A stretch of DNA of 63,873 bases, filler included, from Nemertoderma westbladi (Eukaryota; Animalia; Xenacoelomorpha), in assembly GCA_032718475.1 (NCBI GenBank). It is 4 parts of 4 records of this genome, joined end to end, with 100 filler letters (N's around TTAATTAATTAA, not from the genome) between each part and the next. Parts side by side here need not be neighbours in the genome. Positions count along the whole stretch, not along the records: positions 20,807 to 41,146 come from JAUCBJ010001500.1; positions 41,247 to 58,931 come from JAUCBJ010003647.1; 2 more parts are not named here. The stretch is one strand, 5' to 3'. A program made the translations under genes and the position numbers. Below the pieces are notes generated by a model, which had not been told where the DNA came from, did not search any database, and saw nothing but the letters and a program-made list of their open reading frames with translations. Below are positions 34,876-47,410 of the stretch, piece by piece (position 1 is the stretch's first letter; every line of letters starts with the position of its first letter).

Positions 34876-36040
34876 ATGATCCCTTCAAAGCATTCGTGCC
34901 GAAACGAAAACTGCCCTTGCCCATGTGAGGATCGAACCCAAGAACTACTAGCTAGTATTTCAATCTTCTAGCCGGAATTTTAATAATTTAATTCAAAAAT
35001 AAATTGAGATATTATCAACAATATTTTTTGTTACAATTATACAGTATGTATTAAATTAATAAATTAATTTAAATTAAAGTGGTCGGTGAACGTAGGAGAC
35101 ACAAAACACCAGAGGCAACCGGAAGATTCCTCCCTCTTTGCATTAACTATAAGGCAGGGAGGGTGCCACATTAACTCCCGTGGTTGAACACTCCATAACT
35201 ACAGTATCATACCCTTTCTTCACCAGCAGAAGTCATAGGTTCCTATTGTTAGAAGTGTCTTACTTAGATACACAGCATTTCGAAATTGGAAACTGGGACA
35301 ATTGAAAATGTTAAAATTAATTAATTTACAAATAATCAACAATATCGTTATTTACAAACATATATATTTTTGGCTGTTTCGTCATTATACAGTAGGTAGG
35401 TCCTGAGATTTTAAGGAAAGGAACAGATTACAGTCACATGTTATTCAAATCTAGAGAGTCTATAGTCTATATTACAGTAACAGTATTAGTGCACGTAAGC
35501 ACCCCTTGCTCCAGATATGAGATCCTACAGCTTTACTTCTTTCAGTTTTTCTGTACTTAAATATTTTGTATCGTTTTACCGTAACCAACCGTACAACCAG
35601 ACAACTGTCTGACTATTACTGTATGTGGGCAGGTAGGCTTTCAAGTTTCAACGCTGAGACTGAGGAGGCCCGCTGTAAATACATTTCATAAGCAGATAAG
35701 TACAGAAGTACGGGTCCGGTATCGGCTGACCGGCTGCACGGCTGACCAGTAGGCGGTACTGAAATTTGTATCTGTTACTGCACTGCTACTGTTTACCGGT
35801 ACCGGTAGTCTAAAGGCAGGCCTACATTCTTGGCATGCATGCAGGCATGCCATCATATGGCAGTATGGCAATATCAGATTCAGAATAGGCCTACTGGAAT
35901 ATGCAAATGCAAATGGTTGAGTGAAGACAGAGCTACAGTCAGATGGTCTGATGCTGATTAGTACAGCAGTATGATGCTATGAGGATGAGGTTGACAGTTA
36001 GTTAAGAGTTTTGACTTCCTCGGTAGCTCGAATTTAAGAA

Positions 36041-36096
36041 ATGCCAACGGTTTCAGAAATCAAACAAAGGGCACCATTGAATGCAAAGCGATTAAG
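36041..36096 (+). CDS. DENND1: DENND1 (connecdenn, Rab35 GEF) probable coding exon 1
   Basis: ATG..MPTVSEIKQRAPLNAKRL-R with donor AG|GTAGGC; the phase fits exon 2, and RLRENP parallels RIKQNP of DENND1A. Confidence 0.65.
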
Positions 36097-36595
36097 GTAG
36101 GCAGGTAGGCCTATGTCAGTATGTTTGTTTTAAGCTGATAGTTGTCTGGTTGTAAGTAGGGCTGTAGGGTGCCGGTACTGCCGGTGTGGGTGTATAGACA
36201 GACCGACAGGCTGTGTTAAATGCAGTGTTTAAAAATAATTAGGCGATAGCCTGATACAGTGATAGGCATAAAACGGCTGAACTGTAAATAAAATAAGTCA
36301 ATTTTTGATTCCCTTTCCCCTTTCCCCTTTGCCCTTTTCTTCTTCTGCCTTCAGCCAGTCACCTGTGTTGTGTTCGAATGTACAGATGTACTGCATATTA
36401 TATGCAACTGTGAACTGTACAGATCTCCAGTATATTCCAAACTCGAACGGTCAAAATATAAACCGAGAACTGTCACTTTTTAAGTCTGAAAATAGTACCG
36501 GTAGTCTACCTAAGAAATATAATGAATAGTAATAACAGTACCGGTACCGCTGCGGCACCAACAGAGTTCTTATTAATCTAATTTTAATTTTCTAG

Positions 36596-36693
36596 GGAGA
36601 ATCCGACTCATTACTTTGAGTGTTTCTTCGAGATTTCTGTGGAGCGCGTCGAAGTCCCAGTACAGGCACCGGTAGTGGGAGAGAACTGGCATA
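36596..36693 (+). CDS. DENND1: DENND1 exon 2
   Basis: TCTAG|G acceptor; ENPTHYFECFFEI..; donor A|GTGAGT. Confidence 0.8.
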
Positions 36694-36899
36694 GTGAGTT
36701 TATAATTCTAACCATTCGGCCAGTATATGGCCTAGCATATATCAGTATATCACTGTGTCGCAATCTAATCAACTTAGTACTAATTAGTATTTCATTATTT
36801 CGCGTATTTGTATATTGTTGTGTAGAATGACGATAGGAATGACGATAGAATTTCGCGCTACCAAATTCCTCTGGGCGACATAATTTTCAGTAAATTTTA

Positions 36900-37439
36900 C
36901 CAATATAACTAAAGTCTCAGATTCGCCAATGCTATGAACTTTAACCGGAGTACTCGAAAGTATTTTGAACATCGTATTAGCTGATTTCACCTATATCACT
37001 GTTACCCTGTGTAGCGGCAGACTTTGTAACTGCAGAACTTAAAACTCTATCTGAGGTATAATGTTCCAGGTGGTCGAAATAATTATAAACAATATCGTCC
37101 TCTAGCGGCAGACCGGCGAACAGCAGATAGCTCGGCGTCCACATAATGACGCAACCTGTAGTCCCTAATACATTATTACCACGTTTCAGTATACGGGTTA
37201 TAAACAACCAAATGGGAGGTCGATTAATGTTTATTAGTTATGTAGCCCTAGCGGGAGACTTTGAACGGATGGTGTCCGAAAGTCTGTTATAAATTTTTTG
37301 CCCTATTACAAATTATCAACTCAGCAGCTTTAAATCCGACAAAGATTTTTATTAGTATGAACAACGGCATTAAATGTTTTACCCCCACCCAATAGTGTCA
37401 GTTCCTTAAGGATTCCCCTACTACGTGGCTCGCCCCACA
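36900..37439 (-). mobile_element. Helentron/DINE-1-like element in DENND1 intron 2
   Basis: CGTGGCTCGCCCCACA at ~37424-37439, CAGCTTTAAATCCGACAAAG and CTAGCGGGAGAC are reverse complements of motifs in 62146-62613. Left boundary is approximate. Confidence 0.55.
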
Positions 37440-37800
37440 TTTCGGCAGTTCTATGGTTGGTTGTGTGTGTCCAGAGGTTAGTGACACTGGTTTGTTTTTA
37501 CCATGGGGTTGGGCTATGCGTTCTGTTCACTGTTCTCAAGCCACAAATTACATACTGTCTGTCGTCTTCTTGTAGTTGTATGACTTTTTTGAAGAAATTT
37601 TTTAATTAATCGCCATTCTGTATAGATTTTTGAAGTTTGTTTTAACAATATACCAGTACAGATCTGTTGTATATCATTCGAAAGACCACAAATTTGGATT
37701 CATTTGATGTAAAAATGTTACATTTTTCCTTCGAGAATTGATTGTTAATTTATTCGCATACTTTAATGTTCCATATTCCCCCATGCGTTTTCCTCTGTAG

Positions 37801-38011
37801 ACGCCACGATCACCCACATGTACCCACCCGACTACGACGACCTCCAAGCGATCTCTGAGGTGCCCCGTTTCGCCGTACCCTACGCCTTCCCTCCCCCCTA
37901 CACTAACCCCGTACAGCTCTACACCTTTGTGCTGACCGGTATAGACGGGGTGCAGCGCTTCGGGTTCTGTAGACAACCCACCGACGGACTCAAAGTGTTG
38001 TGTATATTAAG
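37801..38011 (+). CDS. DENND1: DENND1 exon 3 (uDENN)
   Basis: YPPDYDD..PRFAVPY..YTFVLTGIDGVQRFGFCR..LCIL; TGTAG| acceptor and AG|GTAGGA donor. Confidence 0.93.
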
Positions 38012-38314
38012 GTAGGAGTTCCGTAATAGGGATCTCATTTGGTTTGCAGGTTTCCTTTCCAAACTTATTTCATTTCCGTACCAAATTCAAGCAAAGTTGT
38101 TGAACGTTGCGCTGGCGTTGCTGAGTGCATGAAAATTTGGGTTTGTGAATTCCAATTCATCGCAGTCATATTTTATTGAAATGAAAATTTGTGTTCTCCG
38201 TAGGCTTCTAATACTGTGGCTATTTGGCCCGAAGTTGATTTGAAAAACATCCGTGGAACTTTATTTATCGTTCTTCCATCGAAACATATAGAGATAACAA
38301 TGTTTATCTTTCAG

Positions 38315-38489
38315 TTATTTGCCCTGGTTCGAGATATTTTATAATCTAATCAACCGTCTGGCCCAACTAACCGCAGCGAACCTCCGCAACTCCTATAGGT
38401 TGCAGCTGCTCAAGGCGGTGTATAACCACCCGATTGTTCTAGAATACGGCCGGGAGGTTTCTATCTCTGTGGAACACCACAGCGGGGAT
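38315..38489 (+). CDS. DENND1: DENND1 exon 4
   Basis: SYLPWFEIFYNLINRLA; TTCAG| acceptor and GAT|GTAAGT donor. Confidence 0.93.
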
Positions 38490-38783
38490 GTAAGTCATAG
38501 GGTTGTGTTCATATTGTAATATTACGATTAAGAATGACTAATATTGCTTATACCCATAATTAACAAAACGATGTCGGAAGTTGTGTTAGAAGACTTTGTT
38601 GTTGGTTGAATAATATATTTTGACAATTAAGTGGGTTTTATTCACTTTTGTTTGCTGCTGTATCTTCTGTTACTAAGTAACTCCCAGACTATCGGTGTAT
38701 TCGTCAATGACAATCCTGTAAAACAATAGCGGAAAGGATGTTGTTACAATCCAAAAAGTATATAGCAGAACATTATTTGATTT

Positions 38784-38992
38784 GGTTATCGTTCATATGC
38801 GTACCGATGGTGTTTTCTAACCAAAACAATAAACTAATCTCCATTACTTAATTAACGGAAAGGAGCAGGTTACAGTGCCGGGCTTTTCTAACCAAAACAA
38901 TAAACAATATCTCAATAACATAGGGTATTTCATACTTATAGTCTTATTTTTGCAATACGAAAATACCATCGGTACGGATATGAACTATAATT
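38784..38992. mobile_element. GG-ended MITE with 8-bp TSD TTTGATTT (same family as 7727-7960)
   Basis: TIR GGTTATCGTTCATATGCGTACCGATGG; internal sequence nearly identical to 7780-7935. Confidence 0.82.
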
Positions 38993-39068
38993 TTTGATTT
39001 CAATAATTAACTATATTTCCGATATTCCCTCAACGTTACCATTCTGTATGAATATTTATTGTTTACAG

Positions 39069-39202
39069 GGGTTGTCGTTTGTGACACCGAACCCTCTGAA
39101 ACTACCCTGCATTCCAGAATGTCGCAATATTACTCACTACTTCCCTGTAGTTCAGCCCTACAATATGGTCGCTATATTTGTTGCTATGCTATTTGAGAGA
39201 AG
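39069..39202 (+). CDS. DENND1: DENND1 exon 5
   Basis: FVTPNPLKLPCIPECRNITHYF..NMVAIFVAMLFERR; TACAG| acceptor and AG|GTTAGT donor. Confidence 0.92.
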
Positions 39203-39399
39203 GTTAGTTTTATCTATATATTACCAAGCCAATATATTACCAATCCAATATATTACCAATCCAATATATTACCAATCCAATATATTACCAATTCAATTTT
39301 TGAACTTTATGCCGATGCGGTCAGGTTATGACACATTGTTTAATGCTTTAAAGATATTAGTGTCAAAAAATAATAGAAAAATGTCCTAATAACTCTTAA

Positions 39400-40330
39400 C
39401 TAACTATTTCTATACTTATCTACTTCTACGCTTCTATACTTATATCTTTTAATTATTTTATAACGACTACAGGTATATATACATATGCGGGGTGAGTATG
39501 AGTAGTTTGTCAATTCGCATAGTTATAAAGATCGCTCAGTCTGCGGTTAGGAAATATATTTTAAGACAAAACGGGACGAGCGCAAGGAGGCTTTGAGGGA
39601 GGACGAGTACTGCGTTGACTATATAATACTCATATAAGCCACCTGGCTGCGCATATTGAACGCATCCCTAGTTATAATTATATAGATCGTGAGTGTGCGT
39701 CTAGGAAATATATTTTAAGACAAAATAGGACGAGCGCAACGAGGCTTATAATGAAGACGACTGCTGCGTTGTCTATATTCCTATAAACCACTGGTTTCGA
39801 ATATTATTGAACGCAATATACGTTATGGGCAAGACGCGCGCAATGAATCCAGTTTGTAATAGAGACGAGTTGCTGCTTGTAGTGACTAGTAAAGGGGGGG
39901 GGGGGGGGGGGGGGGGGGGTAATAGAGACGAGTTGCTGCTTGTAGTGGGTGGGGGGGGGGGATTCGCGGGTTTCGCACAAAGTATGACGACTTAGTGTCC
40001 CCCGCCCCCCAGGACTATACTCCCCAGCTGCAACTTTTGATTTTTTTGATTTTTGATTTAAGTATGCAAGGCAAAGATGCGCCCTGACTAGTCCCTTAAA
40101 GTATTCGTGCCGAAACGAAGACTGCACTGACCCCTAGGCTGGGATCGAACCCGACACCTCCAAAGAGATGTGGATTCAGGCAACGTATTTAACCAGTAAC
40201 CACTATAGATTGCAATATGCCAAATACAGACATAACTGGACGGAATCCCGGAGACATTTAGGTACGGGTTCGAACCTCGGCGATGGCAAACAATTTATCC
40301 GCTTCTCTTAGTTCTGTTGCTACTAATAGT
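39400..40330. mobile_element. Helitron/Helentron-like composite repeat in DENND1 intron 5, including a tRNA-derived SINE-like head
   Basis: Shares the ~160-bp repeat of 6570-6860. The minus strand at 40100-40208 has A-box TAGTGGTTACTGG and B-box GGTTCGATCCC. 40093-40152 resembles 34881-34940. Boundaries are approximate. Confidence 0.5.
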
Positions 40331-40393
40331 GCCAAAATAATTTATTAATAACATAAAAATTACAAAGAACTATTTGTTTGTTTTGTATTCCAG

Positions 40394-40525
40394 AATTATA
40401 ATGACGTCGAACCAGTTATCGAGGTTATCATGTTGCATCCACGCTGCTATTGGTTTACTCTATCCGTTCTACTGGCAACACATATTCATTCCAATACTCC
40501 CACCCCATATAAAGGATTACTGCTC
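40394..40525 (+). CDS. DENND1: DENND1 exon 6 (core DENN); gene truncated by the gap at 41147
   Basis: RIIMTSNQLSRLSCCIHAAIGLLYPFYWQHIFIPILPPHIKDYC; TCCAG| acceptor and TC|GTTAGT donor. Confidence 0.94.
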
Positions 40526-41146
40526 GTTAGTTTCTGTATGGAACACATCCGTCCGTTCATACACACCATGTACTGCGGGATGAAGGTTCATGTACAAATC
40601 CAACTCAATGAGCTTTAAAAATATTATTATTTTTTGTCCTGGATGTTGCTAAAATAGAGCGATTCTCACCCAAGTATTAATTTTTATACGGAAAGCGGAA
40701 GCGGTGGAATTATCTAAAATAGCGGGAAGGTTTGAATTGTTCCTTAAAATTTAAACACCTTTATCTCAGAATTCGCTTTTTTTATATTAAAAAGGCTATT
40801 TCTCCGCTAATTTTAGCTGAAATGAGTGGCAATTTGGTACATTTCTTCGGAATACCTTTACAGCATATTCTTCGGAATAAATTTTGCTAAAAATTATCTA
40901 GAGCCTTTTTAGTTCTAATATGGCCCAGTTCTTATAGAAGAATTGAACGCAGGGAGTCGTCTGAACTTACATGCCAATTTTCAAAAAATATTTCAGAAGA
41001 AATAATGCGGTCTTTCATAAAGTATGTCACGCAAATTTTCTAATTTGTTTGAAAATTATTTTTTTGAACTATACTAAACATCGTCTGGGCTGTTGCAGAA
41101 GAGCCAAACCAAATATTTTTAAAATTTGCCCCACAATGGCGCTGTA

Positions 41147-41246
41147 NNNNNNNNNNNNNNNNNNNNNNNNNNNNNNNNNNNNNNNNNNNNTTAATTAATT
41201 AANNNNNNNNNNNNNNNNNNNNNNNNNNNNNNNNNNNNNNNNNNNN
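41147..41246. other. Artificial scaffold spacer
   Basis: 44N-TTAATTAATTAA-44N. Confidence 0.97.
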
Positions 41247-41431
41247 TCATTACGCTGCTTGGCGGAACTATATTATAGCTCAGCCACCTGTCCAGTGTCC
41301 AGTATGCCGGGCCAGGGACAAAATAATGTCCCAGCTTAGTTCCCCACCCTGTGTCACTCTGTAATGCCCATTGTTTCTGTGTCCAATGTCCTTTTCCATG
41401 ACTCATTCCAATATAATTCTGTCCAGAGTTT

Positions 41432-41595
41432 CTAACCATTATAGTCCCTTCCTTGTGCGCTGAAGGCGGATGGAGTGCATATAAGCTCTCCCCATTCCAA
41501 CGGATGTACGGAAGTAGTTGCGGGAAGGTGCCACGCTTGCGGTTGTATGTGAGCGGCTCCTCCTGGCAGATAGTTCGTGGGACTAGTGTAAGTCA
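41432..41595 (-). CDS. FOXL2: Putative FoxL2 coding exon 3
   Basis: GC-richer island with a strong acceptor TTTTCCTATTTGCAG|TG. It is open in the phase required by the exon 2 donor (A+TG): MTYTSPTNYLPGGAAHIQPQAWHLP..GRDYNG*. No homology support. Confidence 0.55.
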
Positions 41596-42358
41596 CTGCA
41601 AATAGGAAAAAACAATACCATATTAAGAATTAATGTATTATTGACTTTCATTATCGTTACTTTCATTATCCCGCTAATGAGTGCCTACTGTAAGTAGAGA
41701 GAGAGTTTTATACAGTAAAGCCTTCTTGTTTGTTTATTTTGTTTTATTGTTCGCTATTTGTCCGAACGAGTAACATTAACAGACTACAAAACAACGCTTT
41801 GACATCGGTATGTTTCAATGTAACAAAATAATTGTGAGCCTTTTCCATAGAATAATAAATTACTAAATCTTTAAAAGTAATATAAATAACGATATAATAC
41901 AGTATATGTATAAATAATTTAGCAATATTGGCCATGTCCGCCATCGTTAGGTTTGTGTTTCTGTTATCTTACTGAATTAAGATTAAATTAATTTCAGTAA
42001 ACCTAATGGGAGAGGTTACAGAGGCTCTTTTCTCTAACAAAAACCATAAACAATCTCGTTAACAACACTTAGAAAGGAGCAGGTTACAGTTACAGCTACT
42101 GGCCGGCTTTTCTAAACAAAACAATAAAAGATCTCGTTAGCATGCCGTACAGCTGTAGGCCTTTAGGACTAGTCAGTTATTAGTTAGGGCTAATACAATA
42201 CCAGAATACTGCAGTTTTACTAAATTACATGCTGACATTCCCGGTAGGTATTAGCCTAGTTAGTATTAGCCGGTATCGTACTAGCCTACCGGCAGACCGG
42301 TACAACTGCAAAACTGTTGTCAATAAACCCAGCAACCGTATACAGCAGTACAGGTATA

Positions 42359-43795
42359 ATGACTTCATTATCCTTCCGCTCCCGGTATCTTCTATCCTCC
42401 TTGATTCTCTTCATCTCCCCTATTTCATCTCTCTGTGTATCCGTCCCTTTTATCCTCTCCAGCTCCCACACTCAACCGATCTGGCTATCCGAACCCCCAC
42501 TAGGCCACCCACTGGATTCGGACCAACTCACCTCGACCTACATCGACCCCCTGACCGCGTCCCTAACGACCGAGGCTGCTGCTGCTAGACGACCGGTTAC
42601 CGTAGTGGTCGCCGTCCACCCTTACCTTGGTATCGGCGAACTAACGCGGTACGGCGACGTCTATTCCTCCGGATCGCAAGGTGGAGTTTTCTATAAACTA
42701 AAAGAAACTATCGATGCGGCGACTTCTAATGCGATAATCCCGTTAACTACGCCTAATATCGATAGTTTGGTAGGGGATCTAGCCACCGGATTAAACGCTT
42801 CTTTAATTCCTCTAAATATCGACGAAGAGATCCCGAGTTTATCAACCGATGGCAACTACATAGTCCTCCTCCAGTTTACCCCCAGTTCCTCCAAGGAGGA
42901 ATTGCTAAACAACGAGAAATCTCTCGATTCTCTTCTCTCCGGATTGGTTTCCCGGGGTCGACCGCTCTCTGCGCTCGTTTACACGGCTCGGGACGCCGGC
43001 GGGGCGATCCAACTACCGGAATCCTTCGCAGCGTCCCGTCGAATCCTCGCGTTGCCAACGGAGGCGCCGAATAACGCCTCCAAGGTTCTCTTCCGGGTCG
43101 CCGACTCCTCTGATAAGCAATGCATCCTCTTCTACGCGAGTCGAGTCGACTTTATCCTCTATAAGTTCGTCGGAAGCGGCGCGAGTAAAACGAAAGTCGT
43201 AGAATCGACGACGGATATCACCGAGAACATGTCGGATTTCGAAACCTCGAATAGTTCCTGCGGGAAGGACGTCGCCACGTTAGTCGCCACGTCCGTAACG
43301 CCGGTAACTAAAGAGCTAACAAATCTCACGGTAACGGCGACCTACACTCAATGCACCGTGGAAACGACAGGGGGCGTGCGACGACCACGCTGGCCCGGCT
43401 GGAAGGGTTGGTGTCTCAACGACCTACGACTAACCTACATCGTTAGCTCTCAACCGGAGAAATCCGTCGCGTTGTTTACCGATGAGGTATTCGCACCGAA
43501 GGGTATGTCCTACGCGTGTACCGACGTAGGAGCGCTGCGCCCGCGACTCTACGATGATCTCGCGAGCGTTAAACTCTCGGGATTCCAGACGCAATCCTTT
43601 TGGTTCGTCGCCCCCGGTTTCGGGGTGGCCGGGGATTGCGTCGGCTGGTTCACCGGCCCCATTTGGACCGGGATTCTCTCAACCCTCCTGCTCGTCGCTA
43701 TTTTCCTCAGCGGACTCTATATGCTCGCCGGGTTGCAGACTATGGATCGCTTCGATGATCCCAGAGGTCCCGGAATCAGTGTTAACCAGGAGTAA
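42359..43795 (+). CDS. ATP6AP1: V-ATPase accessory subunit S1 (Ac45), single coding exon
   Basis: First ATG at 42359 is followed by a signal peptide; RRIL processing-like site; SYAC..GFQTQSF..GDCVGWFTGPIWTGI, a TM helix and the MDRFDDPRGP tail. Confidence 0.93.
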   Translation: MTSLSFRSRYLLSSLILFISPISSLCVSVPFILSSSHTQPIWLSEPPLGHPLDSDQLTSTYIDPLTASLTTEAAAARRPVTVVVAVHPYLGIGELTRYGDVYSSGSQGGVFYKLKETIDAATSNAIIPLTTPNIDSLVGDLATGLNASLIPLNIDEEIPSLSTDGNYIVLLQFTPSSSKEELLNNEKSLDSLLSGLVSRGRPLSALVYTARDAGGAIQLPESFAASRRILALPTEAPNNASKVLFRVADSSDKQCILFYASRVDFILYKFVGSGASKTKVVESTTDITENMSDFETSNSSCGKDVATLVATSVTPVTKELTNLTVTATYTQCTVETTGGVRRPRWPGWKGWCLNDLRLTYIVSSQPEKSVALFTDEVFAPKGMSYACTDVGALRPRLYDDLASVKLSGFQTQSFWFVAPGFGVAGDCVGWFTGPIWTGILSTLLLVAIFLSGLYMLAGLQTMDRFDDPRGPGISVNQE

Positions 43796-45228
43796 AACGT
43801 TCTAGAATCATTATTTCTGTTTTTAACGGACTAATTTAACTACCTGGTGGTTATTCTAACTAACAACATCCTGCATTTGACTTCCTTCAGTGACTTACAT
43901 CCTCCCACTCTCGCTCTTTTCTACAAATATTAATGACAACTCTTCAAATTTTCAACACATAATAAATTCGTCCCCACCATCTAAGTGAGTTTTAATCAGA
44001 ATTGTTATTTTTGATTTCCATTTTTTTACAGGGCGAAACATTTTCAAACAATAATCTCTCTTTATCAAATCGCATACAATCTTATTACGCTTTATAACAC
44101 ACTTTATGTAAAGTTGAAAAAAATTAAAAATAATATAAAAGTGAAGAATCGTGAATCAATTCAATTTAATTAATATTCTTTCAATTTAATTATCTCTAAT
44201 GTGTCCCACATAGAATCTGTTACTGAATTGCATTGAATTTATTATTATGACTACCGGGTAGTTAATATTTAGTCTAATTGTATTTATTAGCATTCCTTGT
44301 ATCATCAATGTCTAACTAATTAATCACCTACCCATCCCCATTCCTACAGTAATTAGCGCCAATATAAGTAGGCCTTATACTGTCATTTTCTTTACACATC
44401 ATAATAGGTCAATAAATTGTACAAGATAATTTGGTAATTTCCCGTCACATATTTCATTTGGTTAAATTCAGGTTATAATTATAATATCTACAACATCTAC
44501 TCTTTGTATCTAAGAATTCGGCAGTTTTTATTATTGTGTAATACATCGGTGATTTGGTGCCCTAATTAATTATCAATCATGCCAAGTTATTAGTTGAGTT
44601 TTCTTTCTGTAATTCATTACGTTCTCAATAATATATTTTATTTTTTTCTATATCGTAACTCAATATAATAATTATTGTGTATTTGCAATTCTCCGAGTCG
44701 GTTTTGTTTCATCAACTCGACTGACTGTAGATTTTAGACTATGTTTTCTCTCTATGTTTGTTGTAGTTTAGTTATAATAATCATGTAGTATAATGTACCG
44801 GTAGTAAGTTTATTGAGATCGTTTCAAGTAATTATATGTAATACTATGTAATAATTCGCAGATGTTTCTATTTAAATGTTTACTTTACGTATATTTACTA
44901 ATAAAATAATGTTATTATTAGATAATAAAATATGTCAATCAATTTTGGATTTTCTGTTATTTTATTAATTAGGTCTGATAAGACGAAACGAGCGAATAGC
45001 GCTGGTTCAACCCCTAGTGACGTCCTTCTTCATTTTTCCATTTTTGAACAATATCATATTATAATATTATTTACTACAGTTTCATTAACAGCTCAACTCC
45101 AATTCATAACAAAAAAATAAACGTCCTTTTTTATGGAGATGATTCCATTTAGACCCCCCACCCACTATCGTACTAATTAGAGCTCTAACTGTTTTGAGCG
45201 CCCTCTATTGATAATCTGTGGTACTTAC

Positions 45229-45494
45229 TTATAGATGGAATCGCATTATATATAGCGCCCTCTAGCGGCGGACTTTGGGAACGCCATATTCCCCCAGTTG
45301 AGCTGTACTGGTAGGTGTAGGGAGCTCGGTGCAGCGTGTCCATAAAGTACTGGTGTGTCGCACCGGTGGTGACCCCAAGCATAGGATTGTTAATCTCGGG
45401 TCTGTAGGGCCGTTTCATGCGTCGCCTGCGCTTGTAGTTCCCTTTCTCGAACATGTTTGCGTAGGCGGGATCCAATGCCCAGTAGTTGCCTTTC
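45229..45494 (-). CDS. FOXL2: FoxL2 coding exon 2 (end of forkhead domain)
   Basis: CAG|G acceptor; [33 protein letters not shown] is diagnostic of FoxL2. Consensus donor A|GTAAGT at 45228; if unspliced, the ORF stops at 45185. Confidence 0.92.
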
Positions 45495-46049
45495 CTGTAT
45501 GGGGGGGGGGGGGGGGGGGGGGGGGTGAAACTAAATAACTAAAATGGCGTTAATTGGATTGGGACATCTGTCCAACAGGGATTAATTGTCTAATCTGTTT
45601 GTTGTCCACATTTTTGCCGATAGTAGTGGCGAAAATGGACCGCAACTGAAAATAGTAATCTGCAGCGCAAATTGACCATCATTACTTATTGTTTTGGTTG
45701 GTTGTTTATTGTTTTGGTTAGAAAATACCACCCTGTAACCTACTCCTTTCACTTTTTAAATTAAAATAATTTTTGAAACCCTCCCAACATATACCGGTAG
45801 TTGGGGCCATTTTGCGCCATCAGGGTCATTAACTCTAAATCTGTCTATCGGGTTACTGCAGTGCTACTCTGCGTTAAATCGTTTGTGACTTCAGAATTGC
45901 AGGCCACCACGCATCGATCCGGTTCTATTATTAAACAACTAACCTATCCAGATTATGTAGCTGTTTTGTTTGATATAAATTTATAAATTAATAAAATAAG
46001 GCGTTCAGTGTTCAAAGTTGTGGTAAACGTTGATCTTTAGATCACTCAC

Positions 46050-46939
46050 CTGATAGAACCGGCAGAACTGTCTCGAGATATCTTAAGGAAACACTCATTC
46101 AACGAGAGGTTATGACGGATGCTGTTCTGCCAGCCTTTCTTGTTCTTTATGTAATACGGGAAGTTGATACTAATGAACTCGTATATGCTACTCAGGGTGA
46201 GTCGCTTCTCTGAGCTGAATTGTATGGCCATCGCGATAAGGGCCACGTAGGAATACGGGGGTTTCTCGTCAGGGTCTTTGTAACGTTCGAAATTAATTCC
46301 AACTTTACTTTCAGTTTCAACCATTTGACGGATTACCCCTGACGGACATCCCGAGACCAATGATTTGGCTCCTCGCCTCCTTGGAGATGAGTTAACGACG
46401 TCTTGGCTACCAGTCTGAGATTGGTTGTCTCTATGGATACCATCCGGGGATTGGCTGTTTCCTTGGTTACTCGCGGGAGATTGGCAGCCTTCACTCTCAA
46501 CTACTTTTATTTCCAACGGCGCTCCAGTCTTTAGTAAGTCGAACTTGGATCTCTCTACCACACGATTAGATAGAATTTTCATGGCATCGGCGTGCAGTTC
46601 GTTCTCGTTGTCATGGATACGTATCCCAGTGCGTAAGTAATTAAACTCCTGTCGTATCGTGCTAGAGGACGGCAGACAACAAGGTTTAATTTTATTAACA
46701 CCATTATTGATTTCCGATTGAGTATTCTGTAGACTGGACGAGGCCATTACATTACCAGAGTCTAAATCATGGTAGACAGCATCTGTGGAGTCTTGCCATT
46801 GGTCAACTGCTTCGATATTAATCTCATTGGTTGATGCGCTGCTCTTAATTACCTCTGCTCTTAACACCGGCCTGCGAGTGGATATTCCACAAGATGGAAG
46901 CAGCATAAAGCTAGGAGTACAGATAGCTGGAGGTTCCAT
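46050..46939 (-). CDS. FOXL2: FoxL2 coding exon 1 (long N-terminus plus most of the forkhead domain)
   Basis: [58 protein letters not shown]; donor AG|GTGAGT at 46049. Confidence 0.93.
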
Positions 46940-47301
46940 AAGTTATCTAAATGGTAAGTAGAAGCATAATGTTACTTGGGTGTGGCGAAAAGCTGGCAAT
47001 TAATTGATTATTACATTAAGAAATTAATTGCGACATACCGACTGAGGGGCCTATTTCAATAAATTGAAAAATACGATTTAAGTTGAATCTTATCCACGAT
47101 AAACTACTGTATGTAGAAAAATATGAATTGAATATGAAATTGGACCAATAATAATTAATACAACATTTGCAAAACATCAACCCCACACTCAAGACCACGA
47201 CTTTTCACTACCGCACAGCATTTGGTGCAGTATAATATGGATAATTAAATTAGGCTTTGGCTAATATACAGTTGCTTCAACCTCCAACCATGTTGTCACC
47301 A

Positions 47302-47394
47302 TTAAGAAGAGATTGTTAAGAACGACCAAACTCATTTATTAATATTATTAATTTGTCACCGCGAGTTTGGTCGTTCTTAACAATCTCTTCTTAA
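47302..47394. repeat. Perfect 32-bp inverted repeat with 29-nt loop (mini-MITE-like)
   Basis: TTAAGAAGAGATTGTTAAGAACGACCAAACTC and its exact reverse complement. Confidence 0.9.
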
Positions 47395-47410
47395 CAATCA
47401 AAATAACAAT

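Noticed and set aside
32024-34924. 966-aa Pro/Ser/His/Ile-rich ORF
   Set aside because: The pyrimidine strand of the 16-bp satellite lacks stops for compositional reasons; the frame drifts through the same unit.
40100-40290. tRNA gene
   Set aside because: A- and B-box-like motifs are present, but I cannot fold a convincing cloverleaf and it sits in a dispersed repeat; treated as SINE-like.
43790-43808. GAGTAAAACGTTCTAGAA at the ATP6AP1 stop resembles the minus-strand edge of the 35-bp array (~57665-57683)
   Set aside because: The match is under 20 nt, 14 kb away and inverted, and does not extend into the rest of the monomer; probably chance.
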